Below, piece after piece: positions 21,261 to 33,751 of a stretch of 64,000 nt of DNA. The stretch covers positions 558,001-622,000 of the forward strand of contig NW_026262648.1 in NCBI RefSeq assembly GCF_021869535.1, in the 5' to 3' direction. The stretch's first letter is position 1. Each line of letters begins with the position of its first letter. This DNA is from Mytilus californianus. Lineage: Eukaryota. The position numbers were made by a program, and so were the translations under genes. Under the pieces are notes generated by a model, which ran no database searches, was not told where the DNA came from, and saw nothing but the letters and a program-made list of their open reading frames with translations.

Positions 21261-22982
21261 TTATAACAACTGCCATATTCCTGACTTGGTACCTGTTGTT
21301 TTGATACTTGGCATTCATCTATTAGTTTAGTATATACTTAAAAGTATACAGTTTAACTAGTACCATTCAAAACTTTGCACCTCCATTTTTTGAAAACACA
21401 GAACCCACTATTATTTCGTATACATATAAAAAACAAAACAGCAGAAGTTTAAGTTTTAATTATACGCCAGTAACATCAGACGTCAGTGTAGAAAATGATA
21501 ATAATCCTTTAAGTTTAGACTGTGAAGCGTCGAATTTAGGATATGATCCCTATGGCCATGTTATTTTAAAAGATCTCAATATCGTTCAAGACCGAGAGGT
21601 TAAAAACTTTTCAAAAAAGGACCAAAATATCGTCCTTTATCTATAATTGATTAGAAACAGTGTGGTCAGGTTATAAAAGACGCTCTTTCATCGTATTGTA
21701 AAAAAAAGTATCAACATGAAAAATCTGATAAAAAATCTCTTGATTCTTATTTTGAATAAACATAATAAATGTATGAATGTTGTGGATATTCGAATATCAC
21801 ATTTTGGGAATAACTTGCAAAGCGTTTTGTGTTTGTACCGGCTGACACAGCAGCCAACAATGTGGTGATGTTATTACGTTAATACTGCACGGAATTTCTT
21901 AAGAATGAAATTATAAATTCCTCTACATTCAGGTCAGTGAACTCCACAGAGAGTCACATAGTAAAAAGTCATATTATAACCACATCACAGCTTTAGGCCT
22001 CTATTAAATCTTTAAATTTGCCTACTATGTATAGGTTATCTTAACTACACAAAACACCCGTAAAATGTCGTTTCATATCGGCCTCTAGTAAGTGTTCTAA
22101 AACTAATCTTTCGGTGCTTTTAACTAGTTCCTTAACTACTATCAAAGAACTTATCATTAGCTATTGTAATAAAATATATGAAAACAGAGGAATTAAGTAT
22201 TTTGGAGTGTCACAAAGTTCTTTGGTTGTTTTAGACACATTACGTGTTTGTGATGGGCCTTTGATCCTGCTGACAGTTTTGACTTTTCAACTCTACACTA
22301 CTCTTCCACACAATCTTATCAAACAAACGTTTTACTATTTGATTATAATAAATGTTCGTCTGAAAAAATCTAACTGCAAATATATTTGCTGCAACCCATG
22401 TTAAGCCTTCTTTTATAATGAGGAACGTACATATGCTAGATATACTTATTCGAGGTATGATGAGATTGAAGCGGTTAATGTTCTACTTGATAACATGTAT
22501 GTACGTCTTGCAATAAAGTGTATCGACAGGGTGTAGGTATTCTTATGAGCACCAAATAAGCTCCTGTAATAGCAGACTTATCCTTGTACTTTTATGAAAT
22601 CACTGCTTATGACCAAACTCAGTAAAGACCCGTCTAAATTGCATTTAATTGATAAACAGTTATTGTTATCTTGATGATATTTTGTCGTTTAATAATCAAG
22701 AATTTTTTATTTGAAATATATCTAGAGGAACGGAACTTACTTTAAATACATCAAATATAAACGGTAATAACTGTACTTTCCTAGATTTAGATACTTCAGT
22801 TTTACTCGGGGAACTCTACACTAAAATGTACGACAAAAGAGACGATTATTCTTCCCATATTGTTAATTTTCTTTTTTTGGATGGTAATGTTCCTTTGGTA
22901 CCATCTTACGGTGTTTATATTTTACAACTGTTTTGATCGTGTCTGCAGTGACTTATGACAATGAACGTAATCTCTGTATTAA

Positions 22983-24245
22983 GGTAACAGGTACGTAAAT
23001 GGCTTGTCAAGATTTTTAAAAGAAATTGTTTACACGTAGAACTTTTAAAAATACAAAGAAAAATCGAAAAATTTAAGTGGGTAACCGATCTACTTTCAAA
23101 GTTACAGTCATTTGAAAATGTTAGGAAAACACCATAAAATACATAGACATAACGTCAAATTTACGCCAAAAATGACAAATTTCAAGCTTAATTTAATCTG
23201 CAGTTAAAACCATTTCTACGATTTTTCTATAAAAATTAAATGTTTAAATGATAGAATTTTCCTTTCTATTGATATATAATTTTCCTATGGTTACCGAACT
23301 CCCTTTTTATATATCAGCCGTTGAAAGGGTGTTGCCGACGGGAAAAGATAGAAATTGCACATGACGTCGCCGAAAAAGATTAAGCAACGTCAAATCTCCA
23401 TCAGTAGAATCGTCGTCTACCAAAATAGAAATATTGTCATATATAAAGACAACGACCGCTTCATCAAGGTGTCTCTTTGATTATAATTTGTTCCTTTAAA
23501 CTAATGCGCTATAACGCCTATGGAATAATTATCCTGTCTGAAAAAGTATTATTTACCGACCAGTAAAAAAAATCCTTGGTCATAAACATCCTGTTTGTCC
23601 GTGCACAAGGTTCCATCCCCATTTCGATTCTTTTCCTTTTCTCTTGCTTACCCTTCTGACGTAGTTCCGCAAATTTCATGTCACGCAGCAATTTAAAACT
23701 CTTGTTCAATATTTTTATTAAAAATTATTTGCTTTAATCCTTAGTTTTTCACACTCGGTACTAGCACTTTCCACTTCTATTTATAGACCATATCGCGGAC
23801 GTGAAAGAAAGCATTGTAAACAACGGTTTTTTGTTTGTATTTAACATCCAAATGTTTATATTTATGTGAGAAAGTGATTATCTAACACGAATATCAAATC
23901 AAGCAGTTCTTGCAAGCTTTAAGTTGGTCAGCTAGTAAATGCAACTCAGCCACAGTGACTCTTTGACCATCACGCCATGCCAAATTACTTTAATTATCTT
24001 GGGAGGGAGCTTCAAGCAATGTTTCACTCGGACAAGACATTTCATTTACAATTACTACACTTTTTGTTATATTTTGATGAGAAGCATTCAATACTTTTCC
24101 ACCGAATTGACCATTTTTTCGACGAAGCGGAATACCTTCCGGCATCTTGAAAATATTTTTCTGGTGTAAGGGAGATAACTCTCATAACAACGCACGCAAA
24201 CTCTCCCGTTTTCCGCTAGAGGCGGTTATTTACGTACCTCTCACC
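22983..24245. mobile_element. 1263-bp non-autonomous Kolobok-like DNA transposon with TTAA TSD
   Basis: TTAA at 22979-22982 and 24246-24249. TIRs GGTAACAGGTACGTAAAT / GGTGAGAGGTACGTAAAT. Removing it restores the PLE reading NLCINGKLLSQGFRYH. Confidence 0.9.
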
Positions 24246-24320
24246 TTAATGGTAAATTATTAAGTCAAGGATTTCGTTACCACGAATTACTTAAAACCTT
24301 TACTAAATTCTTCCATAGAT

Positions 24321-24611
24321 AAATAATTTAATTTTGGATGTAACACGTCTCATTAGTTGAAAGTGTTTTGTCTATCAGCTCATAGACATAGTTTTATCAT
24401 GTGACCATGACGTCATCAACGTTATTTCATGATTTACTCATTAAAATGGAATTTAGGAATGATTGTAATATTGATTTTGTCTATTCGAAATAACCTCAAA
24501 AATGTGGTGCACACTTTTAAATAACCCGCTTCGCGAGTTATTCAGTGTGCATCACATTTTTGAGATTATTTCTTCATAGACAGAAAAAATATTACAGTCA
24601 TTCTTTAAATG
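24321..24611. mobile_element. About 290-bp non-autonomous insertion with a large subterminal palindrome
   Basis: Interrupts the PLE codons CAT AGA TAC AAA GAT. Arms about 24452-24530 and 24533-24609 around a TTCG loop. No TIRs and no clear TSD. Confidence 0.75.
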
Positions 24612-25179
24612 TACAAAGATTTAGTTTGTAAGTTTGGCTGTACCTGAATGTTGTTTTCCGAGCCATGAAATTTAGATACGATCCGGGTAAACTAATCGAC
24701 CCTTTAAATAAACTTATTCTAAAAGGCCACCTATTCAATACTGTAATAAGATCTTAAAATGATGTTTTATTTATATAAATATCGATTTTGTTATCAGTAT
24801 ATTGAAACCAAACTAATATTTCTGTTATTTCCATATACAAATGCACATCGAATTTGAAGCCATAAAAAACGAAGATACATGAAAACAAAATATATGCTGT
24901 TTTATAATGATATGTGGGACAGGTGTTAATTGGGCCATAAACATGTTGTTTAAAGAAAAAGGTTACTTGAAAAAATGCTTCAAATAAAGATTTAATTGTA
25001 GAATCAATTCTCATGAAATAAAAAGCAAGCCCAATATGAAAGTAGTAATTGTGTTTTCGTACAGTTTCGAATTCAGTTTCCAGTCAAACATGTTGGTAAT
25101 CAAGTTAACCTGTTGGACAAGTTAGGACCGCACCCATCTTGACATATACATGTATGTCAGAAATACTGATCTGTGTATG

Positions 25180-26280
25180 CTTTGTCAAAAACAAGAAAAT
25201 CAGAGAAGCCCGATCATTTAATTTCACATTCAGATATATTGATGATGTTCTTTCCATTAACAATCCAAACTTTTTTGATTGGGTTCCATTAATATATCCT
25301 CCAGAACTAGAAATTAAAGAAACAACATACACGGCTTCCTCTGCCTCATTTTAGACTTATACCTCGCATTTGACATAAGCGGTCATCTCAACACCAGAAT
25401 CTATGACAAGCGAGACGATTTTAATTTCGAAATTATAAATTTTCCCAGCCTAAGCAGCAATATACCAACTTCACCTACATATTGGATATACATTTCCCAA
25501 CTCATTCGGTATTCAAGAGCTTGCAGCTACTACTCAGACTTCATAAAAAGTCACCAGTGTCTGAGCAGAAATTTGATGAGCCAATATTATGTCAAAGAAC
25601 GCCTCGTCCTTTTTTCTAAAACAGTTCATTGGAAGATACCAAGACCTTGTTGATAAATATTCCGTATCAACTTCTCACATAATACACGATTGTCTTGAAG
25701 TATAGATTCTAGGTACTGACGCTGTTTATCATCTTAATTACGTGTTAAAGTTTCCAATATTTTGTCCATGTATATTTTTACTGTTTAGTCCATTTTTGAT
25801 TATATACTTGTGACGTGGCTCGGTACTTATACATCCCGCCATTGTGTTATTGTGCTGTGGTCAATTTTGAATTCTTGACTTTCATTTTTGCTTAATGTAC
25901 TTTCAATTGTCTATATACCATTTTGTAGATCTTTGTTGATCAGTTAGTTGTTTGTATATTGATTAGGATTATATTACAATGTTGAATGCTGTACCCCATT
26001 TTTTGACGTTTTCAGCTATTATGTCTATTGTTTTGCTCACACATTGTTGTCAATATAATGGAATTCAATGAAACTGTCATACAAGTGAGAGGTTTAGCTA
26101 GCTATAAAACCAAGTTTAATCCAACATTTTCTACACAATGAAATGCCTGAACCAATTCAAGAATATGTCAGTTCTTTTCCATTCGTGAGATGTGTCTGAG
26201 CTTTTGATTTTGCCATTTCAGAAAGGACTTTCCGTTTTGAATTTCTCTTTGAGTTCGGTATTTTTGTTATTTCACTTTTT
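25180..26280 (+). mobile_element. Naiad-type PLE copy 4 (third subfamily): RT core and thumb + family C 3' tail
   Basis: FNFTFRYIDDVLSINNP, YPPELEIKETT, TRIYDKRDDFNFEIINFP, YISQLIRYSRAC. Stop TAG at 25703-25705. The non-coding tail ends in family C. Confidence 0.8.
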
Positions 26281-29200
26281 AATTGTTTCTACGGGTAACA
26301 TTTCACATTTCTTCTTAAGTTATACATTATGAAAGCAATGATTTGTAGAATTCATAAATTTAAACCAACATGGCGTAGTTTCTTAAATGATTTCGTAATA
26401 TGTATATCTCAATATTAAATTACGGAAATATAACTTACTCGCCGCTAGAAAAACCGGACATTCCAGAGTCATCTGTCAACACAAAACAATGCAGTGAAAA
26501 ATACACGTTATAATTTATTCTAGTATAACTTGTATAAAATAACATCTGTGAGTATTTATAATTACCACAATAAGGCATAGCGCATTATATATTTTACATT
26601 GAAAGGCTTGGATACGAGTTTGAACGGCGTGAAATAAAAGCAATAACATATGCAATTTTAACCTTCTGTTTCTAGTAGGGTTCGTATTAAGCTAACGTGT
26701 AGTTTTTATTATAGTCTTTTTTCTCGTTTTTATTCTGCACTGTTCTGGCAATGCTGTTGTTTGATTTTATTTTACTTATGCATGTTATGATAGTATATAT
26801 CCCGCTGATATAATGGATATCACGGATACAGTTATAGTTTGCTTCATATCTTTGCGTACACATAGCGATTGATAATAAGGGTCGATGAAACCTAAACTAA
26901 AATATATCTTTTAAACAAGCAAGAGACAGCCGTAAGCATAATTTGCTTAAGAGTATGTGGCGAATTCGATAGGACTCCCAAAATGATAATTGTGTTTAAT
27001 TCTTATTAAATAAATCAATTTTGTTCATGACATTGGTGCAGTTAATCTACTCACCTACATGCAATAAACATGTTATAGGTTCAAATAGTATACTACATAT
27101 TTGAAACTCACTTTTACCAATAATATGAAAACGACGGATTGGATTCAACAGACATCTTACAATTGAAATAATCCTGATTTGGGGGATTAAATACAAAGCC
27201 AACGTAGTTTATTTAAAACAAACATATATGTACTGTTTACATGTAATTCAGACATGTAAAAACTTAGCCTTAATATCAGTATAACTATTTTTACACGTGT
27301 TAGCTATAGCACTTTTGTTTGTAATAAAAACAAGTTCCACATTCAAAAGTTTTCTAATTTTAATCCATTGAGAATTCGATTTTTTTTTTACGTTTCATAT
27401 TTCCATCTAAAATGACTATTCCGTTCGTGTTTTGCTTTGTAATAATACTGGTTCTTGTAGTCACTGTTTTTCCGATATGTTGTGTTTAAACCTTTTTATG
27501 CTGAATGGCATTCCTTTTTATAAGCATACCATTATAGTATTAATTGTTAAAATCGACTCTTCTTCGGAATCGCTCCCTTGGTAACGGTGTCAAACTATTA
27601 CTTTCACATTTATATTTGCAAATTTTGAAACAGATTGTCAATTAATGTGTAAGACTGTTTTTTTTAATAAAGAGAAGTAACTGCTATATTTCGTTATTGA
27701 AACTATTTTAACAAATACCAAATATTTGTGTTTGTTCGAATCAAATCTTAAACTTAGCCATTTAGTGGGAGATAACTCTAATAGTATTTTTCTTTATAAA
27801 GGAATGATAACGAAATTTTCCCTTAAAACTTGTAAAAAATTAACAACTTCGGTGACACTATGTTTTCTTTTTATTTTCGTATCATACTATAAAACCTATC
27901 TTCTAATATTTTATTTCATAATGCTATATCACAGATTACTTTTTATTTGCCGAAAAAGTGTATTTTCATGAATAATCTATGGAAAATTGGGCAATTTTGG
28001 GCAACTTGTAGATTGACAAATAGCACGGTAACCCATAATTATATTTTTGAGAAAAACTATGTTAAAATATTACAGTCTGTATAACAAATGTTCTGGACGA
28101 CTTTATATCCAACTAGTTTTACGTTGTCGTTACATTAAACTATTTTCTTTTAACTTTTAATTTCTATCATGTCATCCCTTTAACAAACACTTATATCAAT
28201 AAAGAACAAAGCATTATCTTTTCATGAACTAAAAATACATTAACCTATTAACTACAACAACTATTATTTAAATCTTATGAAACTACCCTAAAACTAAAAA
28301 ATAAAAACAGGAAGGATTTTGATATAGCAAAAAACCCAACTTGTTTTAATAATTTCTCATTGATTGCTGATCATTTGCTACTAGTATGACCTATGTCCCT
28401 TGACATTATTTAATCAGGAAGTCATGTCACCATTTTCACATGTATATTGGTATTTTATTGAATATGTATCAATGAATGCAGTATGGAACATGAAAACATT
28501 TCTACTTTTTGTTCTTTTCAAACATTTATAGAAGTGAAATTTTGAACTATAATTTCGCTATAGGCAATTAAGGTTAATTTTGTCAAAATAAGCTTAAACA
28601 TATTTATCAATTGTCAACGAGTCAATTATTTTAACGCGTTTAAATCCGTATTAATGCGCCTTTCCACTAAACCCTTAAATGGAAATTGGTTACGCACTTG
28701 TAAAGCACGTTTAGTTAAAAAAAAAAAAAGAAGGTCAACAGTGAAAAATGGAACAAAAGAGCCACCGTGAAGAACAATTTTGATGACGGACAGGACCAAC
28801 ACAAAATTAATCTTTTACAAGTAAAAACAATAATGTTCGTATTTTTTTAATCTATGAAAAAAGAATTCAACAGACCCACAAAAATCGACGTTGAAAGATT
28901 GCACGTGCTTGTCAATGAATTCATAAAAATATGTATGTTTATGTTGGGTCACAAGCCATCGGCATTCTTTCTATCTATGTTGAAGACCCATTGATGGCCT
29001 TTGGCTGTTTTTTTTCTTTTGGCGGGTTGTCTTCTTTGACACATTCCCCTTTTCCATTCTCTTTTGTATTTGAAGGTTATCTCGATAGTTGATAAGATGG
29101 AGTCTAGTCTGAAATAGACAAGAAATGCTGATACATTATAACGAGGTCATACATTGTTGATTGTTTCTTTTGATTTTTTTTTTTATGTACATTTTATGTA

Positions 29201-30549
29201 CAAATATGATAATATGAGTCAAACCCGGTGAACACGAACTTGACAGCCAATATAAAAGTGCGAAGATGTGGTTTGATTGCCAATGAGACAATTCTCCACC
29301 AGAAACCAAATGCCCCTTTGACATATTTGAACATTTTTACATGCAAGTGTATTTATAAAAAAAAATTAATTCATAGGTAAAACCGTATTCGTATTATATA
29401 TATATAGTTATCGATAACAGTGCATCTTTATACTACAGTTTAGCGTTACCACAATAAAGGCAAGATATAAGGGTATAAAACAAGGAAGCTTTTTAAAGTA
29501 ATGATAAACACGAATATCCCTTAATGAATATCGTGCATCCGAAGGAATTTGAATTTCTGGGATCATCAGGAACTCCAAATTTCTGGAATCATTAGGAATG
29601 CTATGAACGATGAAGGGCTGTCAGATATTTATATAAGTCTTAGTAATCATCTATTATAACTACACGATCCGTTTGTTGGTCGTGGAGACTTATATACAAT
29701 AAATGAACAGTATAGTATCAGGTTTGATTGGAGAGGTTACAAAGTTATAGGGAGGAAGTATGACCTGGCACTTTTGTAGACGAAATGCGCGTCTGGCGTA
29801 CAACATTATAAGCCTGGTATCTTATGAGTTTACGTTAAATATAGTATTTGGAAACACTTTGGACAGTTTTGTTATGACATTTTTTGTCTTAACTTTATTT
29901 GTAAATCAATCACAAGTGTGGACACTGATCGGCGATTTTGTATAATGGCTTGTGCGGTGATGGATTATGCAGAATGCCAGCAGGTGCAAGCAAATGCACT
30001 CCAAATTATGTTGTCTTCTCAGGTGAAGGAATGTGGAAAGTTGATACTGATCTACATAAAAATATTTAAACAGATACTTCAGAAAGTCTTAACACATTAA
30101 CAATGAAGGACGACTATTAGGGGAAACGCTTGCAAATTACCATGACTGCTGTGGTTCTGAAAAAAAAGGTTGCATATTTGAATTTGCCATGCCTAGACTC
30201 CAGAGACCAAAATGAAACTTAAAAGGATTCAAATACAAATAAAATTTGATCGGATCTTTCAATTATCAATTTTCTGAAAAATATAAATCTCATCAAAAAT
30301 TTTGAATTTGATATTGAAAAGGCAAAGAATAAATTTAGCGTTTGGTTGAACTTGTGAGTTCCATTATATTTATTCTGTTAAAAATTTGATTATTGCCCAT
30401 AGAAATAATGCCTAGACACCTAAGACCAAACTTAAATGTAAAGGATTTAAGTTAAAACAAATCTTTCGAAAAATAAAATTAATTAAGGAAATAAAAAGCA
30501 ATACTTTAATTCTGCGGAATAGCAGAAAACATAGATTTAGAGTTTGGCA

Positions 30550-30760
30550 TTGTGAGTTACAAACGAGAGGTTTAGCTGGCTATAAAACCAGGTTTAATCC
30601 ACCATTTTCTACATAAGAAAATGCCTATACCAAATCAGGAATATGACAGTTGTTTTCTATTCGTTTGATGTGGTTGAGCTTTTGGTTTTACCATTTGATA
30701 ATTCTTTCCATTTTGAATTTTCATCGGAGTTCGGTATTTTTGTTATTTAATTTTTACAGT
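30550..30760 (+). repeat. Dispersed repeat family C copy
   Basis: Matches 21045-21260. Confidence 0.8.
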
Positions 30761-31574
30761 GGTTAAAATTTTATCATATGCAATGGGACTCATCAGCATG
30801 TCAGTAGGTTTTGTACAAAGTAGTTGACAAACCAAAATAATATATGAACAGAAAAGAGCACATATGTTGATATGCATACATTTTTAAACGAATGAAATAA
30901 AATTGCATCAAATCTGTTTGAACTAAAGATATTAAAATAAAATGAAAAGATAGCTGTTGATGAAGCAGACTTTAAAATGTTACATTTAATAAATCTGAAT
31001 TAGAAATAAGCATTATTATATATTGATATACCCTAAAAGTTTGAATTTTAGATTGTGTACTTTCAATTTTAAACGATTGACAATCTAAAACAAAAGAAAT
31101 GTTACATACATATACACTGCATAGCAAACTAACAAAAAAGACAACACCATATTGACATAAATGGTAAAAATATAGAAGATAATAATTCAAGTAGATTTCA
31201 GATTAATAAATATGATTTCAAATGTTGTTTTATACATAATCGTCCTGGAAAAAAAGGGGGGCATTTCTATCCTTTTGTGGTATGGATGAGAAGCTTTACA
31301 ATCATTACCTCATCCTTTTTATATATTCTGAATATTGAAAGAATAGACTTATAGCTTTGTTTCATTATTTCAGTGAGAGTTAAAACATGATTTGTCAAAT
31401 ATCTTATGCATTTATATTTCTAAATGTTGTTTTGATTGCATCTTTATAAAAACTTAATATTTCAGATAATGATATCCTATATTTCATCTAGTTGATCTTA
31501 ACATTATCATATAATATGAAGCTTGAAATAGTGATTTATTTTAGGGATCATCCCGACAACCCCTTAATAGTACG

Positions 31575-31800
31575 TGCCGCAGTGACCTCTAGCCTGTCAA
31601 CACTGATATTTTGATTTTGAAACCTCCTGTTGGCGGAGACCATAGCCTCCGATCTTATAATTGACAGTTTTCTTGCTGAAGGTCGCCGTTTTTCTCTTGA
31701 CTTTCCGTTTTAATCCGACAAAACAAATGGCAACCTTGATATAGTCAAGAGTATTGAAAGTGGTGTTCAATGCCATAAATCAATCACCCAATCAATGTGC
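31575..31800 (+). mobile_element. Decayed tRNA-derived SINE with AATC tail
   Basis: CTAGCCTGTCAACACTGA head, TTGACAGTTTTC..GAAGGTCG body, AATCAATC tail. Similar to 39540-40155. Confidence 0.55.
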
Positions 31801-32194
31801 ATGTTCACAATCATTGTACATTTTTGTATATGTACATGTAATAATGTACGTAATGTCATTGTCAATTTCATGGAGTTGTATCATTAGGGAAATAACAGAT
31901 GATACAACAGTAATACACATGTAGAAACTTTAAATTTAAATATGAAACGGAACTTTAATTTTACTCCAGAGCTATTTTTACTATTTAACAGGTTTTGTAA
32001 TTGAATGTATTATAAGTGCTATGCGAAAGTATAAAAAAAACAGTGTTATTTGAAAATCCGATGGTGCTACATGCATAAGAAAATACTGCAATCTCACATA
32101 CATGTAGGTATTACTAACCCTTCTAAGACTAGATATTCAATCAACGAATATTTGACCTTAGATCAATATCAAAAGCATCTTCTGAATTTTTGGA

Positions 32195-32370
32195 AATTTA
32201 GTCGACATCAAACATTTATCTAACATTCTGTCTGCTAGCCTATTGTTGTATTATTACTGCAGAGTTTTCGTTGTATCATTACTGCAGAAGTTTCAAAATT
32301 CTGCAGTAATGATACAACAATAGTCCAGCAGACATAATGTTAGATACATGTTTGACGTCATCTACATTTC
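32195..32370. repeat. Fold-back palindrome (MITE-like)
   Basis: CATCAAACAT.TATCTAACATT.TGTCTGCT...CTATTGTTGTAT.ATTACTGCAGA is mirrored by 32300-32370. A short internal duplication sits at the centre. Confidence 0.75.
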
Positions 32371-33654
32371 AATAACTGTAATTTCCCATGATTAAGAGGT
32401 GTCATGATTAAGTAATAAGAATACATTTCATAGTTTGCTTCCTTAATAATTGCCTTTATTCATATGTAAGATAAAAATATTCTGTATTTAGCATGATCAA
32501 ATCAGAAGACTTATTATGAAAAGTATATTTGGTTATATATGTTTAACCCAACCACATTCTTTATGTGCCAGTCCAAAGTCAGGAGTCTGTAATTCGGTGG
32601 TTGTCATTGATTGGTGATTGCTATAATTGTCTTTCGTTAATGCATTTGTCATAATTGCAGGCCGTTGGTTTTTTGGTTTTGAATTATTTCACTTTATTTC
32701 ACATTTTGCATATTTGACCTTTTTATAGCAGACTCCATGTATACCGTTTTGGTTTTGTTATTATCGAAGGCTGTACTGTACGGCCATTATAGTGTCTTGC
32801 ATCCTCGTTATTAAGCCTCTGTCAAATTTCAATTGGCAATCATACCACATCTCTTTATTTTTATATTAGTACTTTGTAACTATTTCTTTCTGACATATGT
32901 TTTTTTGTAAAAAATATCTATTTCCCAATTGGGAGTAGGGGGAAAAATTCAGTCTGAGAGTATTTGCATTAAAATTTCTACAATTTGATGCTTCCATGGT
33001 TCGAAATGAACTTCAAAAGTAAAAAAAAAACATAACCATTCTTTAAATTAAATGGTCACTTATTTTGTAATTTTGCTATCATGATACATGTTGTATTGAT
33101 TGCTGCATACAGAGACTGATCGACTCCCAATAAGAATATTGTATGCTGGTGGAGTGACATGTCTAACTTGCGGGATTTTATCGCACGAAATCTCAGCTGA
33201 GCATGTATGTCTAACAAAGCAGGGTTAATACATGCAATAATATCCAATCGATAAGTTCTCGTCTTGAATATTCATTTAATTTACCTTCGGAAGTTAAACA
33301 CTGAACCAGCATTATAAAATAGTTGACAAACATATAAGGACTTTCGTCAAAACAGTTACGTACACTTTCTTATTATATACTTAGTAGTATATACAGGTAA
33401 ATTGTATGTGTAATACAATTGATGATAATCGTGCTGCATTAGCCATCCGTGATGATATCGATATCAATCACGATTGCAAAGGCTTTATCGCACCCTAATA
33501 TGTATGATGTCACGTAATCGATATCAGTCACAGTTACAAAAGTTTTATCAAACCCTAATATGTATTACGTCATGTCTCGTGAAAAGTATCTAAGAGAGAT
33601 AAGTTACAATTGAGGTACATGTATATAATAAAGTGTATATAATATGGCTTTTTC

Positions 33655-33751
33655 AATATCACACACCGTATCAACCCTCAACCAATATAACCCTCTCGAG
33701 CAGAGCTCTTGGGATTATATTGGTGTCTCAGGTTGATACAGGTTTGATATT
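33655..33751. repeat. Palindrome with central GAGC-AGA-GCTC hairpin, probably the end of a non-autonomous element
   Basis: GTATCAACC/GGTTGATAC and ACCAATATAA/TTATATTGGT arms. A tandem duplication of about 60 bp lies upstream (33457-33576). Confidence 0.65.

Larger units (their letters stand above)
21340..24810 (+). mobile_element. Naiad-type PLE copy 2 (same family as copy 1), decayed, with two nested insertions
   Basis: Linker APPFFENTEPTIISYTY...FNY...LDCEASNLGYDPYGHVI..DLNIV...KKGPKYRP, then RFVFVPAD.AANN and RT motifs colinear with 2811-4267. Confidence 0.8.
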
